A stretch of 64,000 nucleotides of DNA from positions 3,075 to 67,074 of the forward strand of contig JAZQZL010000069.1 in NCBI GenBank assembly GCA_045634005.1, read 5' to 3'. The position numbers were made by a program, and so were the translations under genes. Shown one piece after another: positions 43,943-52,733 of the stretch. The notes beneath the pieces are model-generated. The model made no database searches, had not been told where the DNA came from, and was given only the letters and a program-made list of their open reading frames with translations. Position 1 is the stretch's first letter, and each line of letters opens with the position of its first letter. Source of the DNA: Candidatus Flemingiibacterium sp. (GTDB lineage: Bacteria; Bacillota; Clostridia; Oscillospirales; CAG-272).

Positions 43943-46074
43943 TGCCCCTCCTTTGCCGTAAGGCGCAAAAGATCCGCACCAACGCGCGTGTCACCGTCGA
44001 TGACGGTTTCGATTTTCGCGTATTCGTCGCTGTTGCATACAACCACGGGCGAGGTCAGCTTATACCCTTCGTTTTTGATCGCCTTCATGTCGAACGACAG
44101 AAGAAGATCTCCGCGCCTTACGCTCTGGCCGTCACTTACGTGCGAGGTGAAATATTTTCCGCCGAGCTTAACCGTATCAATGCCGACGTGCAGAAGTATC
44201 TCTGCGCCGCATTCACACTTTATATTGACCGCGTGGCGCGTATCGAACACACTCACAACAGATCCGTCACACGGCGAGTACAGCTTGCCCTCGCTCGGCT
44301 CGATAGCCGCGCCGTCGCCGAGCATACGCTTTGAAAACACCTCGTCGGTAACGCTGTCAAGCGGCACGACCTTGCCGGTCATAGGAGCAACGAGAGTTAT
44401 TCCCGAAACATCACAGCGTACTGCACCCGTCCCAACACTTTCGCCCGTATGAGCCGAGATTATCTCCTCCGTTCGCGATACGCCCGGAGAGTCGAGGAAA
44501 TCCTCTAAATTTGACTTGATGACCGACACCTGCGGCCCGTATATCACCTGAATGCCCTCGCCCTTGCGTATCACGCCCGACGCGCCGCTTCGCTTCAAAT
44601 GTGCCTCGCTTACGTGTGCGGGATTTTTAACGGTTACGCGAAGTCGTGTCGCACAGCAGTCGAGATCGGCGATATTCTCCTTGCCGCCAAGCCCGTGTAA
44701 TATGAGCGCCGAGGTAATATCCTCCGACGTGCCGGACACGCGCGATACCTTACGAGCCTCGACGTCCTTTCGTGTATAAAGCTTCGTTTCCTCGTTGTCC
44801 GCTTCGCGTCCGGGTGTTTTGAGGTCGAGCTTTCTTATCATTATGCCAAAGAGGAAATAGTAAACGACCGCATAAAGAAGTCCAATTATAACTACCCACA
44901 GCCAATTTGTCTTCGCGTTGCCCTGTAGGATACCGAATAGCGTAAGGTCAATAAGTCCGCCAGAGAAGGTCATACCCACGCCGACGTTAAAGATATGCAT
45001 AAGCATATACGAAAGGCCGGCGAGGATACAGTGGATAACGTAGAGTATCGGCGACACAAAGAGGAAAGTAAACTCGATAGGCTCGGTGATACCCGTAAGC
45101 ATCGCGGTAAGCGCCGCAGAAAGCAAAAGTCCGCCTACTATCTTACGCTTTTCAGGTCTGGCGGTACGGTACATCGCAAGTGCCGCCGCAGGTAAGCCGA
45201 ATATCATAAACGGGAACTTACCCGACATAAATCTCGTCGCAGATACCGAGAAAGCCTCGGTGGACTTCGACGCAAGCTCGGCAAAGAAGATATTCTGTGC
45301 GCCTTGGATGAGATTGCCGTCGATAACCATAGAGCCGCCGACCTCTGTCTGCCAGAACGGCATATAGAAAACGTGGTGCAGACCGAACGGAATAAGTGCA
45401 CGCTCGATAATACCGTATATCCACGTGCCTGCGTATCCCGACGCCAAAACGAGATTACCGAGGCTCGCTATCCACCCCTGTACTATCGGCCATACGAAAT
45501 ACATAATAACGCCGACCAGGAGAAAAACAAGGCTTGATATTATTGGAACGAATCGCGTACCGCCAAAGAAGGACAGCACCTGCGGCAGCTGTATCTTATA
45601 GAAGCGGTTGTGAAGCGCCGCAACGCCAAGACCGACTATAATACCGCCGAAAACACCCATCTGAAGAGTTGGGATACCGAGCGCTGTTGTGGTGGAGTTT
45701 TCCGCCATCGCCTCAACTCCACCGTTTGCCATAATAAGCGCGGAGATCGCGGTGTGCATTATAAGGTACGCAACCGCACCCGACAGTGCCGCGACCTCTT
45801 TTTCCTTCTTCGCCATACCTATAGCGACGCCTATGGCAAACAAAAGCGCGAGGTTGTCAAACACCGCACTGCCCGTTTTAGCCATTATATCGAGGATGGT
45901 ATACAGAATCCCCCCCTCATAGATAATACCCCCGAGCTTATAGGTTTCAATTGTTGTTGCGTTAGTGAATGAGCTGCCGATACCGAGTAGCAAGCCTGCT
46001 ATCGGCAAAAGCGCTATCGGAAGCATAAACGAGCGACCGACACGCTGCAAAACGCCAAAAATTTTTGATTTCAT
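43939..46074 (-). CDS. ptsG: PTS glucose/N-acetylglucosamine-family transporter, fused EIICBA
   Basis: EIIC N-terminus MKSKIFGVLQRVGRSFMLPIALLPIAGLLLGIG, EIIB LDCCATRLRV and EIIA-Glc HVGIDTVKLGG. The ptsG-ptsH-ptsI order matches B. subtilis. Substrate is not determinable from sequence. Confidence 0.8.
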   Translation of the reverse strand: MKSKIFGVLQRVGRSFMLPIALLPIAGLLLGIGSSFTNATTIETYKLGGIIYEGGILYTILDIMAKTGSAVFDNLALLFAIGVAIGMAKKEKEVAALSGAVAYLIMHTAISALIMANGGVEAMAENSTTTALGIPTLQMGVFGGIIVGLGVAALHNRFYKIQLPQVLSFFGGTRFVPIISSLVFLLVGVIMYFVWPIVQGWIASLGNLVLASGYAGTWIYGIIERALIPFGLHHVFYMPFWQTEVGGSMVIDGNLIQGAQNIFFAELASKSTEAFSVSATRFMSGKFPFMIFGLPAAALAMYRTARPEKRKIVGGLLLSAALTAMLTGITEPIEFTFLFVSPILYVIHCILAGLSYMLMHIFNVGVGMTFSGGLIDLTLFGILQGNAKTNWLWVVIIGLLYAVVYYFLFGIMIRKLDLKTPGREADNEETKLYTRKDVEARKVSRVSGTSEDITSALILHGLGGKENIADLDCCATRLRVTVKNPAHVSEAHLKRSGASGVIRKGEGIQVIYGPQVSVIKSNLEDFLDSPGVSRTEEIISAHTGESVGTGAVRCDVSGITLVAPMTGKVVPLDSVTDEVFSKRMLGDGAAIEPSEGKLYSPCDGSVVSVFDTRHAVNIKCECGAEILLHVGIDTVKLGGKYFTSHVSDGQSVRRGDLLLSFDMKAIKNEGYKLTSPVVVCNSDEYAKIETVIDGDTRVGADLLRLTAKEGQ

Positions 46075-46141
46075 AATTGCCCTCTCATAAAAATTACTTC
46101 GCTTTTATTATGGACGGTTCTGACTAAAATATTACATAATA

Positions 46142-46171
46142 TAAAAAAATAATGAGCCGCGAATGCGGCTC
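46142..46171 (-). terminator. Terminator after the SLOG gene
   Basis: GAGCCGC-GAAT-GCGGCTC with a T-run on the minus strand. Confidence 0.65.
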
Positions 46172-46182
46172 CACTAAATCTG

Positions 46183-46515
46183 TTATTTAATCTCAACGAC
46201 CGTAACGGGCTTGTTTTTCTTTTTTGCATACTCAAGCGTGTATTTCGTTCCCCTCGATACACCGTCCCATATAATAAGCACAGCATCTGCAAGCTCCACC
46301 ATTTCCTCGTCACGCTTTAAGGGCGCACATCTTTTGTATCTGCTATAATTCGGCGTTATGATTATCTTCTCAAGACCGTGTTCATCGGCATACTGCTCCG
46401 CGAGCGTGTCTACCCCCTTCGCGCCGCCGCTTATAATAACCGTCACCTCGGGCGGTATATGCCCTTCGAGGTCAAAGGCGGTGATGCTGCGTGATCCTGC
46501 TATTAATAGTTTCAT
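46183..46515 (-). CDS. SLOG-fold protein, DUF2493/YspA-like
   Basis: 110 aa. LIAGSRS...ISGGAKGVDTLAEQYA...IIWDGVSRGTKY is the DUF2493 pattern. Low-GC gene. Confidence 0.6.
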   Translation of the reverse strand: MKLLIAGSRSITAFDLEGHIPPEVTVIISGGAKGVDTLAEQYADEHGLEKIIITPNYSRYKRCAPLKRDEEMVELADAVLIIWDGVSRGTKYTLEYAKKKNKPVTVVEIK

Positions 46516-46549
46516 AGTTTATCGCGCTCCTTACATATATAGTAATATA

Positions 46550-46600
46550 ATTATACAATCTAATAACATAATTGTCAAGTGAATATATATTTATTAAAAT
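46550..46600. promoter_or_regulatory. Back-to-back promoters with overlapping -35 boxes
   Basis: Minus strand: TTGACA (46573-46578), 17 bp, TATAAT (46550-46555). Plus strand: TTGTCA (46572-46577), 17 bp, TAAAAT (46595-46600). Confidence 0.55.
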
Positions 46601-46623
46601 ATATATCGAAGGGATGTGATATT

Positions 46624-46827
46624 ATGATTAGAATGACCGTAAAGGAGTTTCTTGATAGTCACAACATCACAAGATATGAGTTATCAAAGCGAACGGGCGT
46701 ACATTTTCAAATAATAGACGGTTACTACAAAAACAAAATAGTCCGCTATGACAGCTACATCTTAAATAAAATATGCGAGGCACTTGATTGCGATATCTGT
46801 GATATCATTGAGTACACGAAAGACTAA
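46624..46827 (+). CDS. XRE/Cro-type helix-turn-helix protein (67 aa)
   Basis: Start refined to ATG 46624 (MIRMTVKEF). The ITRYELSKRTGV...YDSYILNKICEALDCDICDIIEY pattern is typical of HTH_26-like small regulators. Confidence 0.7.
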   Translation: MIRMTVKEFLDSHNITRYELSKRTGVHFQIIDGYYKNKIVRYDSYILNKICEALDCDICDIIEYTKD

Positions 46828-46830
46828 AAC

Positions 46831-46857
46831 GCCGCGAATGCAATATGCATTCGCGGC
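46831..46857. terminator. Bidirectional terminator (HTH gene / GTPase gene)
   Basis: GCCGCGAATGCA-ATA-TGCATTCGCGGC, a 12-bp perfect stem. Confidence 0.8.
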
Positions 46858-46865
46858 TTTGCCTT

Positions 46866-48077
46866 TTATTTCTTTTTAAACAGCTCCATGACCATCTTAA
46901 CGATATCCTTGCTGTCGGTCTTATCGCTCACCTTCGCGGCAATATCCTTTACCTTGCCGATAAGATCAGAGGAAAGTCCCGACTCTGCAACCTTCGTCAC
47001 CCAATTGATGTCCTCGACAGTCTTTGCGCCAAGGTATATCTGCTCGAACGCATAAATGCTAACCTCGCCGATAGCAGCGACTATCGTTCCCGCAATTACT
47101 GCATTGAGAACGCCTGCCGCTATATTTATACCGGGTATAGCCTTAAGCGCGCTTATAAGTGCCCTTGCGGCAACGCTGACCGTTCCGACCTCGACTATTG
47201 AGTTAAGAAAACGCTTTGACTGCTCGTTGTTTTCGATTCCGTATAACCTCGCAAGCGTGTTTATCTCGGCAATTTCGATCGGCGAGAGAATAAGCGCATC
47301 TGCAAAGGGTATCGGCACAGCACCGACTACCACCGCCGCACTCGTCGCAACGCCGACGACACTATGCGCAAACGCACGGCGTCTTGCAAGATTAAAATTA
47401 TGTATGTCGACAACCGCCGCCTTGATACCCTCAGGCATAAGGTCGTTTGTCGCACTGATAAGCTCGGTTATTCCCTCGGGCGGCGCGTATGCGGTGTCGT
47501 TGAGCGCGTACGTTGCGGCGACTACAGGATATACGCCGCGAAGATTCTTGGAATAGCGCTTTTGTTTTGCAAAGGCGTTGTTGACCATCTCTATGTTACG
47601 CTCGCGCTCGGGAACCGAATAGGATTTCGTGATAGCGACCATAACGGGCACGTTCTCCCACATAGCCGTCGCACTCGACAGATTTTTGATGGTTTCCTCA
47701 AAAAGCTTGCTCGAGGTACCGTCAACACAGAACCATATAACGTTTATCTGACCGTTACCGTTCTTAGCACTCGCCTTCGACCACGCCTTGACCGCATTTA
47801 TCGCCTTCTGCCGCTTTAAAAATGACGGTTCAAAGCCGAGCGTGTCGATAATGCGGAAGGGTATTTTATCGCTTTCGTATATTTCGAGCTTTTGGGTAGT
47901 GCCTTCAATACCCCAACCTGTTTTTGCCGCGTCCTTGCCGAGCACGGCGTTGATAAGAGTCGATTTACCGACGCCCGAATTTCCTATGACGAGTACGTTG
48001 CCCTTGTCGGGCGAGGAGGGGATAAGTGCGGACGTATCCGCATCGGTTGACTTGATGGGAAGATTGTTTTCCTGCAT
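46866..48077 (-). CDS. P-loop GTPase (MMR_HSR1/YeeP-like) fused to a DUF697 (YcjF-like) membrane-associated domain
   Basis: G1 GNSGVGKST, G3 DTLG. C-terminal VVGAVPIPFADALILSPIEIAEINTLARLYG is the DUF697 signature. Confidence 0.6.
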   Translation of the reverse strand: MQENNLPIKSTDADTSALIPSSPDKGNVLVIGNSGVGKSTLINAVLGKDAAKTGWGIEGTTQKLEIYESDKIPFRIIDTLGFEPSFLKRQKAINAVKAWSKASAKNGNGQINVIWFCVDGTSSKLFEETIKNLSSATAMWENVPVMVAITKSYSVPERERNIEMVNNAFAKQKRYSKNLRGVYPVVAATYALNDTAYAPPEGITELISATNDLMPEGIKAAVVDIHNFNLARRRAFAHSVVGVATSAAVVVGAVPIPFADALILSPIEIAEINTLARLYGIENNEQSKRFLNSIVEVGTVSVAARALISALKAIPGINIAAGVLNAVIAGTIVAAIGEVSIYAFEQIYLGAKTVEDINWVTKVAESGLSSDLIGKVKDIAAKVSDKTDSKDIVKMVMELFKKK

Positions 48078-48150
48078 TAGTTATGTCCTCCGTTTTAAAA
48101 TTTAAAGCTAATTCCTACTTTGAATACGCCTTGTAATTTTCGCGATACGG

Positions 48151-50727
48151 TTAATTGCCGTTCTCGATAAACTCACGTATCTGCCGCTCGGTTTCCAAAA
48201 GCTCTGCGCGAAAGCCGCTGGCGGACACGCGTATCGCTCCGTTCCCGAGAATTATAAGCTGCTCCTCGTAATCGGCGGTAGCCACGCGTACACGATGATT
48301 TTTGGCAAGCTCGTGCGACACGCGCTCGATATAGGTATCGGCGGTTTCCGCTTCCTTTGTGTAGACTACGGTGATGTTGTTTACTCGCTCGATATCCTCG
48401 CCGTGGCGCTTTATCCTGTACGCGTCGAAAACGAGTATCACCTCGCAGTCGCGCACACCGCGGTAATTGCACATTCGGTCTATGAGCGTATTTCGCGCGA
48501 TATCAAGTCCCTTTTCGGATAGTGCGCGAAGGTCGTCCCACGCGTGTATTATATTGTAGCCGTCGACAAGGAGATATTCGCCGCCGCTGTATGCGCTTTT
48601 CTTTGGCGGCGCGGATTTTTTCTTAACAGCCGGCACAGCCATTTTCGGCTCGCGGTCATTGTAGCGTTTTCTTTTGATAGGTCCGTACGTACGCTCGAAG
48701 ATGCGGATAAGCTCCTCGCTGTCCGCGACCGTGCGCATATAGCGTTGCACACGCGTTTCGGGCTCCTCGTCACCTCCGTCAAGCTCCACGCCCGACTCGA
48801 GATGCTTATGCTCGTACACCTCGTCCCATTTGACGACGAATCCCGCGCCGTGCTCGCAGAACACCGAATCAGCGGTATTTTCAAGGTCGCGGTCGGCATC
48901 GTAGCCGCACTCAGCTATGACCGCATGGGTATCTGCGCATTCCTCATAACCGCGAAGCGAGGTCATAATCTTGCCCTCGCCCTTGGTGTAGGAGATAAGC
49001 TCGCGGTGATAGCCGCGCATTTTCGAAACGGGCGCACTTCCCGTAAGGCAAGTGTAGGCGGGCGTCACCTCCGGTTCTCCGAGCCTGCCGCCCATTTGCA
49101 TAATATCCGTCATCGCGCGTCCGACGCACTCCGACGGGAGCTCGATGCGAAAATCGTACCACGGCTCGAGCAGTATGCACTCTGCCGTACGCAGTCCGTG
49201 ACGTACAGCACGCCACGTCGCCTCTCGAAAGTCGCCGCCCTCGGTATGCTTCAGATGAGCACGACCCGCTATAAGCGTTATTTTCATATCGGTTATCGGT
49301 GAGCCCGTGAGCGTACCGATGTGCGTTTTTTCATAAAGATGCGAGAGAACGAGTCGCTTGTAATGTCCCTCAAGCTCGCACTCGGGATCGACGGCGAATT
49401 TAAGACCTTCTCCGCGAGGTAGCGGTTCAAGAAGCAGCTGTACCTCCGCATAGTGGCGAAGCGGCTCATAGTGACCGATGCCGACGTTTGCAGCGCGCAC
49501 AGTTTCCTTGTAAGAAATACTACCGTCGCTGAAGGTGACGGTCATTGCATAGCGCTCGGCGATGATGCGAGTAAGCACCTCAAGCTGTACCTCGCCCATA
49601 ATGCCGAAATATATCTCGCCGCTGCGCTCATTATATATGATGCGAAGCGAGGGCTCCTCCTCTTCAAGCTGACGGAATTTTATGAGCGCCGTATGCGCGT
49701 CCACTCCGCTTGGCAGGTCGACTCGGTAAGAAAGCACCGGCTCAAGCTGTGCCGCGCCCGAATCCTTTTCTGTTCCGAGTCCCATACCGGGATAAGCCGA
49801 CGAAAGACCCGTGACGGCGCATACAACGCCCGCCTCGGCTTCGTTTACGGTCTTATATTTTTCGCCTGAATATATACGTATCGCATTTATCTTTTCGCTC
49901 CACTCGGTGCCGTCTGGAAGCACGCCGGAAAGCGTGTCCTTTACACAAAGTGTACCGCCCGTTATTTTAACGTGTGCGATCTTGTCAGTTTTGTCCTGCG
50001 TTATCTTGTAAACGCGTGCACCAAACTCATTGGTGTATTCGGGTATCTTAACGTATTTCGCAAGCCCGTCGAGGAGAAGATCAACTCCATCTCCCTTCAG
50101 CGCCGAGCCAAAAAAGCAAGGAAACAGCCGTCTTTGCGCCACCGCCGAGCGGATATCCCCATCGTCAAACGCCTCGCCCGCAAGATAGCTTTCCATAAGC
50201 CTCTCGTCGCACATAGCAAGCTCGTCCGCAAAGCTTTCAAGTGTCATCGCACAGAAGTCTACGCATCCGTCGCAAAGCTTATATTTAAGCTCGGACATAA
50301 GCTCCTTGTGTGAAAGCGCGGTGACGTCCATCTTATTTATGAATATGACCGTCGGTATGCCGTAAGATTCGAGCAATCGCCAAAGCGTGAGCGTATGGCT
50401 CTGTACGCCCTCCGTTCCGCTCACGACGAGCACAGCCGCATCGATAACGCGGAGCACGCGCTCCGTTTCGGGTGAGAAATCCACGTGCCCCGGTGTATCA
50501 AGAAGGTTGAACTCGACCTCACCGCGCGTGAACGTCGCACCGCTTGAGAAGATCGTAATTCCGCGGTCGCGCTCGATCGCGTTCGTGTCGAGATGCGAGC
50601 TTCCCTTGTTTACGCTTCCGAGTGTGTGGAGTACGCCCGTTTTGTAGAGTATCGACTCCGAAAGCGTGGTCTTGCCCGAGTCGACGTGCGCGATTATTCC
50701 GACGGTAAGGCGCTTTAATGCTCCCAT
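48151..50727 (-). CDS. Tet(M)/EF-G-like translational GTPase fused to a C-terminal Rae1/YacP-type NYN endoribonuclease domain
   Basis: Residues 1 to ~640 carry AHVDSGKTTL, DTPGH, NKMD and GSVNKGSSHLDTNAIERDRGITI (Tet(M)-like). Residues 715-858 (nt 48154-48585) carry LLVDGYNIIHAW, ILVFDA, YTKEAETAD and VATADYEEQ (Rae1-like). The ORF is uninterrupted. Confidence 0.8.
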   Translation of the reverse strand: MGALKRLTVGIIAHVDSGKTTLSESILYKTGVLHTLGSVNKGSSHLDTNAIERDRGITIFSSGATFTRGEVEFNLLDTPGHVDFSPETERVLRVIDAAVLVVSGTEGVQSHTLTLWRLLESYGIPTVIFINKMDVTALSHKELMSELKYKLCDGCVDFCAMTLESFADELAMCDERLMESYLAGEAFDDGDIRSAVAQRRLFPCFFGSALKGDGVDLLLDGLAKYVKIPEYTNEFGARVYKITQDKTDKIAHVKITGGTLCVKDTLSGVLPDGTEWSEKINAIRIYSGEKYKTVNEAEAGVVCAVTGLSSAYPGMGLGTEKDSGAAQLEPVLSYRVDLPSGVDAHTALIKFRQLEEEEPSLRIIYNERSGEIYFGIMGEVQLEVLTRIIAERYAMTVTFSDGSISYKETVRAANVGIGHYEPLRHYAEVQLLLEPLPRGEGLKFAVDPECELEGHYKRLVLSHLYEKTHIGTLTGSPITDMKITLIAGRAHLKHTEGGDFREATWRAVRHGLRTAECILLEPWYDFRIELPSECVGRAMTDIMQMGGRLGEPEVTPAYTCLTGSAPVSKMRGYHRELISYTKGEGKIMTSLRGYEECADTHAVIAECGYDADRDLENTADSVFCEHGAGFVVKWDEVYEHKHLESGVELDGGDEEPETRVQRYMRTVADSEELIRIFERTYGPIKRKRYNDREPKMAVPAVKKKSAPPKKSAYSGGEYLLVDGYNIIHAWDDLRALSEKGLDIARNTLIDRMCNYRGVRDCEVILVFDAYRIKRHGEDIERVNNITVVYTKEAETADTYIERVSHELAKNHRVRVATADYEEQLIILGNGAIRVSASGFRAELLETERQIREFIENGN

Positions 50728-51758
50728 TTTCCGCTTGTGTCCTTTTCGCCGTTGTAAACGCTCATAAAGTCCGCGTAATTTTTCTTTAAAAGATTCGGTA
50801 TGTCAAGCTCGTACGGGCACTTTTTAGCGCACGCTCTGCACTCGGTGCAGTTTTCGATCTTTTTGACCTCGCTCGCCCACTTTTCATTGACCCAATCGCT
50901 CGCAGGAGCACGGCGTATCATAAGCGAGATACGCGCACACTGCCATATGGTTATACCCTGCGGACACGGCATACAGTAGCCGCAGCCACGGCAAAAGTCA
51001 TATCCCATCTCTGCCTTTTCAGCTTCGATGCGAGCCCTCATTTCATCGTCGAAGGTAGGCTCGTCGGTCATAAGCGACAGCCACTGATCGAGCTCATAGT
51101 CATGCTGCACGCCCCATATCGGCACAACGTTGTCAAACTGCGAGATATACGCATAAGCAAGACGGTAGTCAGTTATAAGACCGCCTGCGAGCGCCTTCAT
51201 CGCGATAAATCCGACGTTATGCTCGCGGCAGAGGCTCACAAGCTCTACCTCACGCGCCCCCGACAGATACGACAGCGGGAACTGCATCGTTTCGTAAAGA
51301 CCCGATCGCACGCAGTCCTCGGCAACGCCGATCTTGTGGCAGGTGATTCCGATGTGGCGTATCATTCCCTGACGCTTCAAGTCCTCCATACACTCGTACA
51401 TACCCGTGCCGTCACCGGGCGCGTAGCACTTATCCGAGCAGTGGAACTGATATATGTCAACGTAATCGGTCTGCAGATTTTTAAGCGAGGTTTCTATCTG
51501 CCGCTTTACCTCGTCGGGAGTTTTAGCGCCGGTTTTCGTTGCAATAGCAACCTTGTCGCGCACGTCGTGAAGCGCGATGCCACACTTTATCTCGCTGTCC
51601 GAATAAGCGCGTGCCGTATCGAAAAAGGTCATACCTCCCTCGTATGCGCGGCGGACGATGTTCACCGCAGTATCGGTGTCATCACGCTGTATCGGAAGCG
51701 CACCAAATGCGTTTTGAGGGGTTTTAATGCCGGTAGATCCAAGAGTTATCGTTTTCAT
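50715..51758 (-). CDS. Aldo/keto reductase with a C-terminal 4Fe-4S ferredoxin-type domain
   Basis: AKR N-terminal pattern (GSTGIKTPQNAFGALPI, FDTARAYS). C-terminal CRGCGYCMPCP and CTECRACAKKCP clusters. The stop overlaps the start of the next gene by 13 nt. Confidence 0.8.
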   Translation of the reverse strand: MKTITLGSTGIKTPQNAFGALPIQRDDTDTAVNIVRRAYEGGMTFFDTARAYSDSEIKCGIALHDVRDKVAIATKTGAKTPDEVKRQIETSLKNLQTDYVDIYQFHCSDKCYAPGDGTGMYECMEDLKRQGMIRHIGITCHKIGVAEDCVRSGLYETMQFPLSYLSGAREVELVSLCREHNVGFIAMKALAGGLITDYRLAYAYISQFDNVVPIWGVQHDYELDQWLSLMTDEPTFDDEMRARIEAEKAEMGYDFCRGCGYCMPCPQGITIWQCARISLMIRRAPASDWVNEKWASEVKKIENCTECRACAKKCPYELDIPNLLKKNYADFMSVYNGEKDTSGKWEH

Positions 51759-51863
51759 ATAAATCTCCTTGGTTATGATTATATAATAATTATATCATAT
51801 ATAAAGAAACGTGTCAATAAAAAACGCTCTGCCGTACTGCAGAGCGTTATATTATATCTCGTC

Positions 51864-52682
51864 CTATTCGAATCGCGCCTTGCGCTTTATCCGAAGTCCC
51901 TCCACAATACCGGCACTCTTGTTTTTGCCCGTATGCTTAGCATAAAAAAAGCCAAATACGGAAAATACGAGCGCGCCGATAAAGTTTACGAACATATCCT
52001 TCATCGTGTCGTAAAGACCGATATCAAGGTATCCGTCGATGCCGAGCGTTTGGCCGTTAACTGCGGTTTTAGTAATGCCGTCAATAATCACCGCGGTGTT
52101 TGATGGCTCGGTGTTTAATGTCACGGAGGAAATTGCGCCAAGAACGGTATCCTTCTGCATATCCGTCTGCAAAAAAATGTCCGAGGCGAACTCGAAAAAC
52201 TCCCATAAAACGCCGATCGTCATAGAAAAGCAAAATGCCGTCAGCGCAACGAAAAACGGCGACAGGTCAAATCGGAAGCGTTCGCTTCGATTAAGAACGT
52301 CAATAAGTGAGAGCCCGACCGCGGCGGCTAAAAATCCCGTTGTCGTGTGAAGAAGTGTATCCCAGATAGGATATTTTATATAATATCCTCCAATTTCGCC
52401 GAGTATCTCCGCCGCGAAGATAAAGATAAGCACTATCTTTTCAAGCAGCGACGGAAGTTCAACCTGAAACGTTTTGGATACAAACGGCGGCAACAAAAAC
52501 AGCGTAAGCGTCAAGGCACACATAAACGTGTGCTGATAGTTTCCAAGCATCACCGCGCGCACACCGATAGCAACAACTATCGTACGAAGAATAATAAACA
52601 GTATAAAGGTAGATTTGCTTCGTTTAAACTCGTTTGTCAATTGTCTGAAAAAGCCTATTTTTTTCGTTCTTTCTTTTTTCAT
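51864..52682 (-). CDS. Polytopic membrane protein (possibly YjdF/DUF2238-like; tentative)
   Basis: Start refined to ATG 52680-52682 (MKKERTKK). About 6-7 hydrophobic helices and a WDTLLHTTTGF motif. Confidence 0.4.
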   Translation of the reverse strand: MKKERTKKIGFFRQLTNEFKRSKSTFILFIILRTIVVAIGVRAVMLGNYQHTFMCALTLTLFLLPPFVSKTFQVELPSLLEKIVLIFIFAAEILGEIGGYYIKYPIWDTLLHTTTGFLAAAVGLSLIDVLNRSERFRFDLSPFFVALTAFCFSMTIGVLWEFFEFASDIFLQTDMQKDTVLGAISSVTLNTEPSNTAVIIDGITKTAVNGQTLGIDGYLDIGLYDTMKDMFVNFIGALVFSVFGFFYAKHTGKNKSAGIVEGLRIKRKARFE

Positions 52683-52733
52683 AACACAATGACACGTCAC
52701 CACGGACACTAACGTGCCCGTGGTGAGATAATT

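Noticed and set aside
48151-50727. Calling the Tet(M)-like GTPase a tetracycline-resistance (ribosomal protection) gene.
   Set aside because: Similarity to Tet(M) is at family level only. There is no mobile-element context. The C-terminal NYN nuclease fusion argues for a different function. Resistance cannot be inferred from sequence here.
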